Source: Acidimicrobiia bacterium | Lineage (GTDB): Bacteria; Actinomycetota; Acidimicrobiia; Spongiisociales; CAZKJJ01 | Reading direction: 5' to 3' | Assembly: GCA_046759765.1 (NCBI GenBank) | Contig: JBHICV010000010.1 | Location: forward strand, 1-32,603 | Length of the DNA: 32,603 nucleotides | In this document: positions 8,089 through 17,181 of the stretch, one piece after another | How the letters are laid out: each line of letters opens with the position of its first letter | Position numbering within the stretch: position 1 is the first letter of the stretch | Notes under the pieces: model-generated | Seen by the model: only the letters and a program-made list of their open reading frames with translations | Told to the model about the DNA's origin: nothing | The model's database searches: none | Position numbers and translations under genes: made by a program

Positions 8089-10377
8089 ATGGGTGAATCC
8101 GGCCTGCCGCGCCGCTGGGCGCTCGGCGTGGTGGCGCTCGTAAGCCTCTCGGTGTTGCTCTTGATGAACGTGTGGCTGGCGTTCCTGCCTACCACGCCCA
8201 CGGGTGGGGACACCGGCGCCCATGTGCTAGCTCCCGCCTTTATGCGCGATGAACTCATCCCGCGCGGGACTCTTTCCGGGTGGAGCAACAGCTGGTACGC
8301 CGGCATCCCGATGTATTACTTCTACTTCCCGCTCCCGGCATTGGTCATCGTCTTGCTCGACGTCTTTCTGCCCTACGGAGTGGCCTTCAAGCTCGTGACC
8401 CTTGCCGGCATTGCCGCCCTGCCGTGGGCTACCTACTACTTCGTCCGCTGCCTTTCCTTTGGGCGGACTGTGTCCGTGGTTACCGCCGGTGCGGCCGGGG
8501 CGTTTCTCGTCATGGAGAGCTTCACCATCCTGGGTGGCAACATCCCTTCCACTCTGGCGGGCGAATACTCCTTCTCGTGGTCGTTCGCCATCGGTCTGGG
8601 CTACCTCGGAACGCTGATCCGAAGCATCGATGACCGGAGGCTGCTCCCTTGGGCGGGCGTCCTTCTCGCCTTGACCGCACTTGCGCACGTCGTCACGACC
8701 ATCGCCTTTGTGCTGGCCTCCCTGGCGGTGCTGGTGGTCCGGTCAGGTGCCGGGCGCACGGTGATCTCGTGGGTGCTCGGGTTCTCCATCGCTGCCTTCT
8801 GGGCCTTACCGCTGATCGTGCGCATGGATCTGACCGCGGACATGGGCTGGTTCCCGCTCTCCGGCCTGGACGACGTCATCCCGGTGGAAATCTGGGCGAT
8901 CTCGCTGCTGGCCTCGGTGGGGGCAGTTCTAGCGTGGCGCCGGACACCGTACTCGGCAACGATCCTCACGCTCACGTTTCTGTGGCCGCTGGCCGGGTAC
9001 TTCCTGTTGCCACAAGGCCGCGTATGGAACGGGAGGTTCCTCCCATTCTGGTTTTTCGGGCTGCACCTCCTGGCTGGAGTTGCCGTCGGATGGGTCGTCA
9101 AGGGACTGGCTCGCCGCCTTCCACGCTCGTATGGAGCCTGGTGGCTCCGCGGGGGATGGGTGTTGCTGGTCGCGCTGGCGGCGGTCTGGCTTAGCGGCCT
9201 CTCTGTTCCCGGCCTTATAGCTCCGGCCTGGCGGGCCGACCTGTGGATAGTGGTCGCCTTCGGATTGATCGGACTGGCCCTGACGATCGTGGTCCCTCCC
9301 CGAATCGACTTCTCCCGTACGGCGCCCCTCCTCGGAGTCGGTGTCTTCGTCATCGCCGGCCTGCTGGCCGTCAACTTCATCAGCGGTTGGTCACGCTGGA
9401 ACTACTACGGCTACGAGCGGAAGGACAACTGGGGTGAGTACGAAGCACTGATGGCCGAGCTCGATGAGCTGCCGCCCGGGCGCGTTCAGTGGGAGGGCAA
9501 TTCCGACCTCAATCGGTACGGAACCCCCATGGCGCTGATGCTGACCGACTATTGGACCGACGGGCATCCGTCCCAGGAAGGGCTGTTCTTCGAGTCTTCG
9601 ATCACGACCCCGTTTCACTTCATCAACTCGTCGGAGATGAGTCTCAGCGCCTCGAACCCCGTTCCCGGCCTCCGCTACAACAACCTTCACTTCGAGCGCG
9701 GCCTCAGACACCTCGATCTGTACGGGGTCAGGTATTACGTCGCGTTCACCGAGGAAGCTCAGGAAGAGGCCCGCTCCCACCCGGATCTCAATCTGCTGTT
9801 TGAGAGCGAGCCGTTTGTCGTGTTCGAGCTGCCACCGAGCGACCTCGTGGAGGTCGCCACTCACGTGCCTGCCGTCTACGAAGCCCCCCGCCAGTTACCC
9901 CTCCTCGGATTGCTCAACTTCAGCCGGGGACCTGACGATGACGGGGAGCAGATGGGCTTCCAGGACTTCGCTCTCGACTGGTATGACGACCTCGACAACC
10001 TCGATCGGCTGGTGACGGCCGGCGGGCCGGCCTCGTGGCCCCGCATAACCACTGTTGAGGAGCTTCCGGCCGAGCCGATTGCAGGTGGCGGGACTGTGTC
10101 GAATGTCCAGGTGACTGACGACCGCGTGTCGTTTGAGACAACGGCAGTCGGCTTGCCTCATCTCGTCAAGGTGTCGTATTTTCCGAACTGGACGGCGTAT
10201 GGCGCCGAAGGGCCCTACCGGGCCACGCCGTCTCTGATGGTGGTCGTGCCTACTACCTCGCATGTGGAGTTGCGATTTGAGCCGACCTGGGCCGAGTGGA
10301 CGGGCCGTCTCCTCACGCTGGCTGCGTTGGTGACGCTCGCCGGCTGGGCGGTTGTGTTGCGCAGGGAGCGGGTATGA
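8089..10377 (+). CDS. Polytopic membrane protein, PTPS-related / YfhO-like, probable GT-C glycosyltransferase
   Basis: TM1 then GGDTGAH loop, WSNSWYAGIPMYYFYFPLP, many TM helices, large external domain (VKVSYFPNW) and a C-terminal anchor. Confidence 0.75.
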   Translation: MGESGLPRRWALGVVALVSLSVLLLMNVWLAFLPTTPTGGDTGAHVLAPAFMRDELIPRGTLSGWSNSWYAGIPMYYFYFPLPALVIVLLDVFLPYGVAFKLVTLAGIAALPWATYYFVRCLSFGRTVSVVTAGAAGAFLVMESFTILGGNIPSTLAGEYSFSWSFAIGLGYLGTLIRSIDDRRLLPWAGVLLALTALAHVVTTIAFVLASLAVLVVRSGAGRTVISWVLGFSIAAFWALPLIVRMDLTADMGWFPLSGLDDVIPVEIWAISLLASVGAVLAWRRTPYSATILTLTFLWPLAGYFLLPQGRVWNGRFLPFWFFGLHLLAGVAVGWVVKGLARRLPRSYGAWWLRGGWVLLVALAAVWLSGLSVPGLIAPAWRADLWIVVAFGLIGLALTIVVPPRIDFSRTAPLLGVGVFVIAGLLAVNFISGWSRWNYYGYERKDNWGEYEALMAELDELPPGRVQWEGNSDLNRYGTPMALMLTDYWTDGHPSQEGLFFESSITTPFHFINSSEMSLSASNPVPGLRYNNLHFERGLRHLDLYGVRYYVAFTEEAQEEARSHPDLNLLFESEPFVVFELPPSDLVEVATHVPAVYEAPRQLPLLGLLNFSRGPDDDGEQMGFQDFALDWYDDLDNLDRLVTAGGPASWPRITTVEELPAEPIAGGGTVSNVQVTDDRVSFETTAVGLPHLVKVSYFPNWTAYGAEGPYRATPSLMVVVPTTSHVELRFEPTWAEWTGRLLTLAALVTLAGWAVVLRRERV

Positions 10378-10826
10378 AGAACTATCTCAAGACGTTCCTC
10401 AACCGTGAGACGTTCTGGCAGTTCTTCCGTATGGGCATCGTCGGGGGCTTCAACACTGCGGTGGGCGTCGGACTGTTCAACCTGTTCTCGCTGGTGGTCG
10501 GCCTCAGCCTGTTCCTGTCGGCGCTGTGGGCATACCTCATCGCGACCGGTATCTCTTACCTACTTAACCGCCGATGGACGTTCCGAATCCCAGGTACCTA
10601 CGGAGGTGTGGTGGAGTCGGTGGGCTTCTACGTGGTCAACCTGATTTCCGGCGTCGTCCAAGCCGGGCTTGTCGAGCTTGCCGACATCCTTTGGGGACCC
10701 CTCAATCCGTTTCAGGCCAACCTTGCATTTCTCCTAGCGATTGGTGTCGTCGCGCTGCCCAAGTTCGCCAGCTACCGGGACGTCGTGTTTCGTCGCTCCA
10801 TGGACGGCAACACCGAGCGGAGCTGA
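10374..10826 (+). CDS. GtrA-family flippase-like membrane protein
   Basis: QFFRMGIVGGFNT, SYLLNRRWTF, KF..YRDVVF motifs and 4 TM helices. ATGA overlap at 10374. Confidence 0.88.
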   Translation: MKNYLKTFLNRETFWQFFRMGIVGGFNTAVGVGLFNLFSLVVGLSLFLSALWAYLIATGISYLLNRRWTFRIPGTYGGVVESVGFYVVNLISGVVQAGLVELADILWGPLNPFQANLAFLLAIGVVALPKFASYRDVVFRRSMDGNTERS

Positions 10827-11494
10827 AAGAGCCCTCTCACAGCTCCCGGCACCCGTCGGAGATAGGACGAGCGTGCCTTCCTCTGCTCCCACACAGAGAC
10901 GGGCACCTCCGCGATTCGATAGCCGGCCCGCTCGGCACGGAGAACCAGCTCCGTGTCGAAGAGGTCCTTGGTCAGCTGAACCTTCGGAGCGAGTTCCGAG
11001 ATCACCGGCCGCCTGAAGGCCTTGATCCCGTGCGTATCGCTCACTTTCGTTCCCAGTATCAGATGCACAAGCCGGTTGAAGACGAGAGTGCCCGCTCGTC
11101 GGAGTAGAGACCGCCGATCGTCGGACCCGGGCGCCCGTTTCGAGGCGATGACGACGTCCGCAGTCTCCCTCAGCTCACCTAGTTGCGAGATGAACCGTCC
11201 GGAGAAGTAATCGATATCGAAGGTCACGACCCATTCTCCGGGAGCGGCGAGCAGCCCTTCCCGCATGGCTCCGCCATAGTTGGCCTCCGGCAGCGTCAAC
11301 ACCGATATCTGCTCGGTGGAGGCCGCGATCCGTTCCGCGACGGCGAGCGTGTCGTCGGTGGATCCGTTCTCCACGAGCAATAGGACAGGGCTATCAGAAA
11401 CGGGATCAAGCTCGTGCTGCATCTCCGCCAGGGCGTCTTCTAGGTAAGAGGCCTCGTTGTGGATCGGGACGACGACGGAGAAGAAATCGGTCAT
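10772..11494 (-). CDS. GT2 glycosyltransferase, DPM1/polyprenol-phosphate sugar synthase-like
   Basis: SVVVPIHNE, VENGSTD, NYGGAMREG, FDID (DxD), DVVIASKR, SDTHGIKAFR, FDTELV. Start ATG 11494. Confidence 0.88.
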   Translation of the reverse strand: MTDFFSVVVPIHNEASYLEDALAEMQHELDPVSDSPVLLLVENGSTDDTLAVAERIAASTEQISVLTLPEANYGGAMREGLLAAPGEWVVTFDIDYFSGRFISQLGELRETADVVIASKRAPGSDDRRSLLRRAGTLVFNRLVHLILGTKVSDTHGIKAFRRPVISELAPKVQLTKDLFDTELVLRAERAGYRIAEVPVSVWEQRKARSSYLRRVPGAVRGLFQLRSVLPSMERRNTTSR

Positions 11495-11537
11495 CTCGGG
11501 TCCGCTCACTCTAGGGAGTGCTCGAGTTGTGGCAGCG

Positions 11538-11550
11538 TACAATCCTGCTC
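11538..11550 (+). promoter_or_regulatory. Putative -10 element for leaderless manB
   Basis: TACAAT followed 7 nt later by ATG 11551; no Shine-Dalgarno. Confidence 0.6.
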
Positions 11551-12885
11551 ATGGCCGATCTTTCGGCGATCTTCAAGGCATACGACATACGCGGGCGCAC
11601 CGAAGGGGCGCTGGATCTCGACGCGGCCTACCGCATCGGCGGCGCGTTTGCTTCCTGGACCGGTGTAGGCAAGGCCGCGGTGGGCCGCGACTGTCGGCTC
11701 TCCTCACCGGGTCTGGCCAGCGCCTTCTCAGATGGAGCTCGTGGTCAGGGAACTGACGTGATCGACCTGGGCGAGATCCCGACCGATGTTGCCTACTACT
11801 ACTCAGGATGGGCAGACCTCCCTGCCGCGATGGTCACCGCCTCGCACAACCCGCCCGAATGGAACGGGATCAAGCTTTCTCGGGCAGGCGCCGCGCCCAT
11901 TGGCTGGGACACGGGTCTCCAAGAGATAAGGGACATGGCAAACGTTGGCCTCGAAGAGGTCGGCGAAGGCACTCTGACCCACTTCCATCCAATTCCGGGC
12001 TATGTAGAGCATCTGCTGGGAATCGTCGATCCGGAGCTCATCGAGCCGCTCCATGTCGTGGCCGATGGAGGAAACGGAATGGCCGGCACGACGCTGCCGG
12101 ACGTGTTCGCGCGGATCCCCGCTCGGATCACGGGTCTTTACCTCGATCCGGACGGTACCTTCCCCAACCACCCCGCTGATCCCCTCCAGCCCGCCAATCT
12201 GCGGGACCTCCTCCAGCGCATGGAGGAGGTGGGCCCCGACCTGGGAGTTGCGTTCGACGGCGACGCCGATAGGGCCTTCTTCGTTGACGATCAGGGAAGG
12301 CCGCTGTCCGGGAGCACCACCACCGCACTGATCGCGGCCTGGTTCCTGGAACGGGAAGCGGGCGCCAGAGTCGTCCACAACCTGATTACTTCCCGGGCCG
12401 TCCCGGAGACGATTCGGGCCAAGGGCGGCGAGCCGATCAGGACCAGGGTGGGCCACTCGTTCATCAAGGAGGTCATGGCCGACACCGAAGCTGTGTTCGG
12501 TGGCGAGCACTCCGGTCACTACTACTTCCGCGACAACTTCCGTGCTGACTCCGGCATGCTGGCGCTGCTCGTGCTCCTACAGGTGATCTCAGAGGCGGGT
12601 CAGCCCGTCTCCGAGCTGAGGACGCAATTCGAGCCGTATGCGCAATCACCGGAGATCAACTTGACCGTCGCCGACCAACAGAAGACGCTGAAGGCCGTCG
12701 AGGAGGCCGTCCCAGGAGGAGACGTCGACCATCTGGACGGCCTCACGGTCACCTGGGAGAACCGCTGGTTCAACCTCCGTCCCTCCAACACCGAGCCTGT
12801 GCTGAGACTCAACGTCGAGGCCCCTACCCCCGCCGCCGTCGAAGAGCTGGTCGGAACGATCAAAGACCTGGTAGAGGAATCATGA
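11551..12885 (+). CDS. manB: Phosphomannomutase/phosphoglucomutase
   Basis: [15 protein letters not shown] (phosphoserine), FDGDADR (metal loop), [18 protein letters not shown]. Confidence 0.95.
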   Translation: MADLSAIFKAYDIRGRTEGALDLDAAYRIGGAFASWTGVGKAAVGRDCRLSSPGLASAFSDGARGQGTDVIDLGEIPTDVAYYYSGWADLPAAMVTASHNPPEWNGIKLSRAGAAPIGWDTGLQEIRDMANVGLEEVGEGTLTHFHPIPGYVEHLLGIVDPELIEPLHVVADGGNGMAGTTLPDVFARIPARITGLYLDPDGTFPNHPADPLQPANLRDLLQRMEEVGPDLGVAFDGDADRAFFVDDQGRPLSGSTTTALIAAWFLEREAGARVVHNLITSRAVPETIRAKGGEPIRTRVGHSFIKEVMADTEAVFGGEHSGHYYFRDNFRADSGMLALLVLLQVISEAGQPVSELRTQFEPYAQSPEINLTVADQQKTLKAVEEAVPGGDVDHLDGLTVTWENRWFNLRPSNTEPVLRLNVEAPTPAAVEELVGTIKDLVEES

Positions 12886-13055
12886 CCCTCGACCCGCAGC
12901 TACTCGAGATCCTCGTCTGTCCCAACGATCACGGCGATCTAAAGGAAGAGGAGCAGGACGACCGGCACGAGCTGGTCTGTCAGTCCTGCGGTCTTCACTA
13001 TCCAGTACGAGACGGAATCCCGATCATGCTCATCGAGGAGGCCTATCGGCCGTGA
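12882..13055 (+). CDS. Trm112-family protein, 57 aa (not in ORF track)
   Basis: Translated by hand: [20 protein letters not shown]...[31 protein letters not shown] and GTGA overlaps with both neighbours. Confidence 0.92.
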   Translation: MTLDPQLLEILVCPNDHGDLKEEEQDDRHELVCQSCGLHYPVRDGIPIMLIEEAYRP

Positions 13056-14050
13056 CCGACATGTGGGACATGGTCGAGTCCCTTCCCTCGCAATTCCGCT
13101 GGGCAGCGGAGCTCACCCTCCCGGACGTTCCTCCCCATGCCAGCGTTTTGGTGCTGGGCATGGGAGGCTCCGGTGTGTCGGGCACGTACGCCGGCCCAAT
13201 CGCAGAGCAAGCGGGCGTTCGGGTCGACACCCACAAGGGTTACGGACTGCCGGGCTGGGCCGGGAAGGGCCCGCTCGTTGTTGCCGTCTCCTACTCGGGA
13301 GATACCGAGGAGACTCTCTCCGGAGTCGAGGCCGCTCTCTCGCAAGGACTGGACATCGTTGCCATCACCGGAGGGGGACAGCTTCTCGAGCTCGCCTCCG
13401 CGTCCGGTTTTACCGTCATAGGCGTTCCCACCGGTCTCCAACCCCGGGCCGCGCTTGGCTACCTCGTCGGGGCCGTCCTCCGGGCGGTAGCCGCCTCGAC
13501 CGAGCTGGGCGACGTGCGGTCGGACCTGACCGAGGCCGCCCAGGTCACTTCCGGGCTACTGACGCCCGACGGACCGGGGCGAGCTCTCGCTTCCGACTTG
13601 GCGGAGGGCCTGGCCGGTCGTGTCGCGATCATCTACGGCGCCCAAGGGCCGACGGGGGCCGTCGCAAGGCGCTGGAAGACCCAGATCAATGAGAACGCCA
13701 AGACGCCGGCATACGCCGCCCTCCTGCCGGAAGCGAACCACAACGAGATCGCAGGCTGGGAGTCGCTGCCTCACGTCACCAGGTCCGCCCTCGGGACCAT
13801 CATGCTGCGCGACAACGACGAGCCTCCCCGCGTCGCGGCACGGTTTCGGTTGACGAAGGAAGAGATGAGTCCAAGCGTCCCCGTTATCGGAGAGGTCTAC
13901 GCGAGTGGCCAGAGCATGCTGGCGAGAATGGCGAGCCTGACCGCGATCGGCGACGCCGTCTCCGTCTACCTGGCGGCCGAGCTTGGAGTCGATCCGGTTA
14001 CCGTTCCTGCCATCGAACGTCTCAAGGACACGCTGCGAGGTGAAGAGTGA
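13052..14050 (+). CDS. Bifunctional phosphoglucose/phosphomannose isomerase (SIS domain)
   Basis: [40 protein letters not shown] motifs. Confidence 0.92.
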   Translation: MTDMWDMVESLPSQFRWAAELTLPDVPPHASVLVLGMGGSGVSGTYAGPIAEQAGVRVDTHKGYGLPGWAGKGPLVVAVSYSGDTEETLSGVEAALSQGLDIVAITGGGQLLELASASGFTVIGVPTGLQPRAALGYLVGAVLRAVAASTELGDVRSDLTEAAQVTSGLLTPDGPGRALASDLAEGLAGRVAIIYGAQGPTGAVARRWKTQINENAKTPAYAALLPEANHNEIAGWESLPHVTRSALGTIMLRDNDEPPRVAARFRLTKEEMSPSVPVIGEVYASGQSMLARMASLTAIGDAVSVYLAAELGVDPVTVPAIERLKDTLRGEE

Positions 14051-15294
14051 ACTATGACATCGCCGATATCTCCGAAGCTCCGCTGGGCGCGGAGAGAATC
14101 GAGTGGGCAGGGCGCCGGATGGGCGTGCTCCAGGTGATTTCCGACCGTCTGGAGAAGGAACAGACGCTGGCTGGTCAAAAGATCGGCGCTTGTCTTCATG
14201 TCACGGCGGAGACAGCCAACCTCATGTTGGCGCTGCGAGCGGGCGGCGCTGGGGTTTCGCTGTGTGCTTCCAACCCGCTTTCGACGCAGGACGATGTTGC
14301 CGCCGCTCTTGTCGAGGACGGGATCCCAGTGTTCGCAGTCCGAGGCGAGGACTCCGACCGCTACTACCGCCATATCCAATCGGTCGTGGATATGCAGCCG
14401 CACATCACGATGGACGACGGCGCCGATCTCGTGACTGTCCTCCATACGGAACGCACCGACGTCACTCCCATCGGGTCGACTGAGGAAACCACCACCGGCG
14501 TGATACGACTCCGGGCCATGGCCAACGAGGGAAAGCTTCGGTTCCCCGTGGTGGCAGTCAACGACTCGGCCACCAAGCATCTCTTCGACAATCGTTACGG
14601 GACCGGCCAGTCGGCGCTCGACGGAGTGATAAGAGCCACCAACATCCTAATGGCCGGCACAACCATCGTCGTGATCGGCTACGGCGACTGCGGGCGAGGA
14701 GTCGCTGATCGCGCCGACGGGCTGGGAGCAAGCGTGGTCGTCGTAGAGGTCGATCCGGTACGAGCCTTGCAGGCAGCCATGGACGGCTTCCGCGTGCTGG
14801 ATGCCGAGGGTGCCGCCAGCATTGGCGATGTATTTATCACCGTGACGGGCAACCTGCACGTCCTCCGCGGGGAGCACTTCTCCCTGATGAAAGACGGGGC
14901 GGTGCTAGCCAACGCCGGCCACTTCGATGTTGAGATCGACCTGGACGTACTTGAAGCTCAGGCACGGAACCGCAGGCGGATTCGCAAGCATTTGGACGAG
15001 TACGACATGGGCGACGGTCGCCGGTTGTTCGTGATCGGTGAGGGACGGTTGGTGAATCTCGCCGCCGCCGAGGGACACCCTGCCGATGTCATGGACATGT
15101 CCTTCTCCAACCAGGCCTTGGCCGCGGCTTGGATCGTGGAACACCAGCAGGAGCTCGAGCCCCAGATCTACACCCTCCCCACCGAGCTCGATCGGGAGGT
15201 GGCCTCGATCAAGCTGTCCCAACTCGGCGGCAGCCTCGAATCGCTCACCCCCGAGCAAAAGGACTATCTGGCCTCTTGGCTCCAGGGCACCTGA
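14047..15294 (+). CDS. ahcY: Adenosylhomocysteinase
   Basis: CLHVTAET, SNPLSTQD, DDGAD, EETTTG, KHLFDNRYGT, NAGHFDVEI, GRLVNL, GHPADVMDMSF. Confidence 0.97.
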   Translation: MNYDIADISEAPLGAERIEWAGRRMGVLQVISDRLEKEQTLAGQKIGACLHVTAETANLMLALRAGGAGVSLCASNPLSTQDDVAAALVEDGIPVFAVRGEDSDRYYRHIQSVVDMQPHITMDDGADLVTVLHTERTDVTPIGSTEETTTGVIRLRAMANEGKLRFPVVAVNDSATKHLFDNRYGTGQSALDGVIRATNILMAGTTIVVIGYGDCGRGVADRADGLGASVVVVEVDPVRALQAAMDGFRVLDAEGAASIGDVFITVTGNLHVLRGEHFSLMKDGAVLANAGHFDVEIDLDVLEAQARNRRRIRKHLDEYDMGDGRRLFVIGEGRLVNLAAAEGHPADVMDMSFSNQALAAAWIVEHQQELEPQIYTLPTELDREVASIKLSQLGGSLESLTPEQKDYLASWLQGT

Positions 15295-15324
15295 TACGTC
15301 ACAGCCAGTCCGTACGTTGGAGGG

Positions 15325-15864
15325 ATGCCGTGTCTTGCTTGCACGGGTCGAGGCGACGTATGCGGCCCCTGTCGGCGCTCGTTGCGCCGCGCCTCGGCCC
15401 GCACGCTGCCCAACGGCCTACTCGTGCTATCCGCCTATCGACATGAGGGGGCGGCTCGGACGCTGGTACGCCGGCTGAAGTACCAGGGCATCGAAGCGGC
15501 GGCTGACCTGCTCGCACCGAATATGGCCGCTGGACTGCAAGGTGTGTCAGCGCTCGTGCCGGTACCGAGAGTGCTCATACGTAGGGTCCGTTACGGAATC
15601 GACCAGTCTGACTGCCTGGCTCGCGCCCTCGGGACACTGACGGGACTTCCCGTCTTGCGCCTGCTCCGCGCACCGCTGTGGACTCCGCCGCGTGCGGGTC
15701 GGAACCAAAGTGCGTTCGGTCCGGTGCTGGCGGCCCGCGCCACCGGAGAGCTCGCGTTGGCATTGGTCGACGACGTGGTCACTACCGGAGCAACGCTGGT
15801 TAGCGCGGTCGGCGCCCTTTCCGTCAGTCCGATTGTGGCCGTCACCGCCACATCTGCCCTCTGA
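15325..15864 (+). CDS. ComF-family phosphoribosyltransferase-domain protein
   Basis: N-terminal CxxC..CxxC, LKY, LVPVP and the PRT loop LVDDVVTTGAT. Usual position before hpf. Confidence 0.82.
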   Translation: MPCLACTGRGDVCGPCRRSLRRASARTLPNGLLVLSAYRHEGAARTLVRRLKYQGIEAAADLLAPNMAAGLQGVSALVPVPRVLIRRVRYGIDQSDCLARALGTLTGLPVLRLLRAPLWTPPRAGRNQSAFGPVLAARATGELALALVDDVVTTGATLVSAVGALSVSPIVAVTATSAL

Positions 15865-15940
15865 GGGACTGGCTCGATGTATGCTCGGAGCAGATGGCAT
15901 TTCGGCTCGCCGCCCGAGTGTCCCCGCATCCGCCAGTTCG

Positions 15941-15967
15941 GCCGGCCACGAGGCCGGTTTCTTTTCT
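15941..15967 (+). terminator. Intrinsic terminator-like hairpin in the hpf leader
   Basis: GCCGGCC-ACGA-GGCCGGT stem followed by TTCTTTTCT, directly before the GGAGG SD of hpf. Confidence 0.6.
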
Positions 15968-15982
15968 CCGGGAGGTCCCCTT

Positions 15983-16531
15983 GTGGAAGTAAGAGTCCAC
16001 GGTCGTCATTTGCACGTCGACTCCGCTCTGCAGGAAGCGGCCCAGGCCAAGGTCTCGCACGCCGCTCGAATGTGGGAAGGCGCCGCCACGGCCGACGTTG
16101 AGTTCACCGAGGAACAGAATCCGAGGATCACCTCGGAGAGGTTCAGAGTCGAGATCACCACCGGAGGAGGCGGCCGGTTTGTGCGCGTGCATGCCGTGGC
16201 CGAGTCGCCGGAAGCTGCCCTCGACTTGGCGGTCGGCAAGTTCGAACGGCGGCTCTCAAAGCTGAAAGGACGGCTGATCGCTCGTTCCCGGCGTACCAAT
16301 AAAGAGCTCAATCTCAGGTCATCGGACACCGAAAATCAGGTGGAGTCTCCAGATCCTGCGATTGTGCGGACCAAGCAGTTTGTCCTTAAGCCAATGACAC
16401 CGGAAGAGGCGGTTTTGCAGATAGAAATGCTGGGGCACAGCTTCTATTTCTTCCAGAACGCCGAAACTGACCTTCCGAGCGTTATCTACCGCCGGCGCGA
16501 CGGCGCCTATGGGCTGATCGAGCCGGCATGA
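15983..16531 (+). CDS. hpf: Ribosome hibernation promoting factor, long form (HPF/RaiA)
   Basis: VEVRVHGRHL N-domain and C-terminal IVRTKQF..KPMTPEEAVLQIEMLGHSFYFF...VIYRRRDGAYGLIEP. GTG 15983 with GGAGG at 15971. Confidence 0.93.
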   Translation: MEVRVHGRHLHVDSALQEAAQAKVSHAARMWEGAATADVEFTEEQNPRITSERFRVEITTGGGGRFVRVHAVAESPEAALDLAVGKFERRLSKLKGRLIARSRRTNKELNLRSSDTENQVESPDPAIVRTKQFVLKPMTPEEAVLQIEMLGHSFYFFQNAETDLPSVIYRRRDGAYGLIEPA

Positions 16532-17181
16532 AGACAGTCCTCGTAGTCGACGACGCGGTCCTCTTCACTGCCGCTCTCTCGGCTGCGCTCGAGCAGGCCG
16601 GATTCGGAGTGGTGGCACAAGCACCCAACGGTATGAAAGGCATCGAGCTGGCCAAGCAGCACCAGCCGGACATAGTCGTTCTCGACGTTCTCATGCCCGG
16701 CCTCTCCGGACTCGAGGTGCTCGCTCAGATACTCGACGCCGCGCCCGGCACCAGGATCGTGCTGCTTACATCCTCCGAGTCGGAGGAAGACATGCTCACA
16801 GCGATCAAGGCCGGCGCCAGGGGCTACGTGATCAAGGACACGCCGCTTCCCGACCTGGTCGAAGCAATAGAGAATGTCCTCAGAGGAGGTGCGGCCATCT
16901 CACCGATGATGGGCGGCAAGCTCTTCGACACCGTGCGACAGCTGTTGCGGCATCGCGACGTCATCGCCAGCCGTAAACCGACCCTCACAGGGCGAGAGCT
17001 GGAGGTGCTCAGCCTGGTTGCCCAAGGGAGAACAAGCAGAGAAATCGGTGAACTGCTGTACATTTCCGAGAACACCGTGAAGAACCACGTTCGCAATATC
17101 CTGGACAAGCTGGGCTTGCATTCGCGTAACGAAGCGGTGATGTACGCGGTCCGGGAGGAACTAATCTCGATCGACGGATGA
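16528..17181 (+). CDS. NarL/LuxR-family response regulator (no kinase in window)
   Basis: Receiver domain (VVDD, DIVVLD, LTS, GYVIKD) plus LuxR HTH (LTGRELEVL...ISENTVKNHVRNILDKL). Confidence 0.95.
   Translation: MKTVLVVDDAVLFTAALSAALEQAGFGVVAQAPNGMKGIELAKQHQPDIVVLDVLMPGLSGLEVLAQILDAAPGTRIVLLTSSESEEDMLTAIKAGARGYVIKDTPLPDLVEAIENVLRGGAAISPMMGGKLFDTVRQLLRHRDVIASRKPTLTGRELEVLSLVAQGRTSREIGELLYISENTVKNHVRNILDKLGLHSRNEAVMYAVREELISIDG

Noticed and set aside
14000..14047. SAH riboswitch upstream of ahcY
   Set aside because: ahcY overlaps the upstream gene (GTGA), leaving no leader.
15865..15982. Full-length raiA motif ncRNA between comF and hpf
   Set aside because: The gap is only 118 bp, too short for the roughly 200-nt raiA motif. 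Only the smaller hairpin/attenuator idea was kept.
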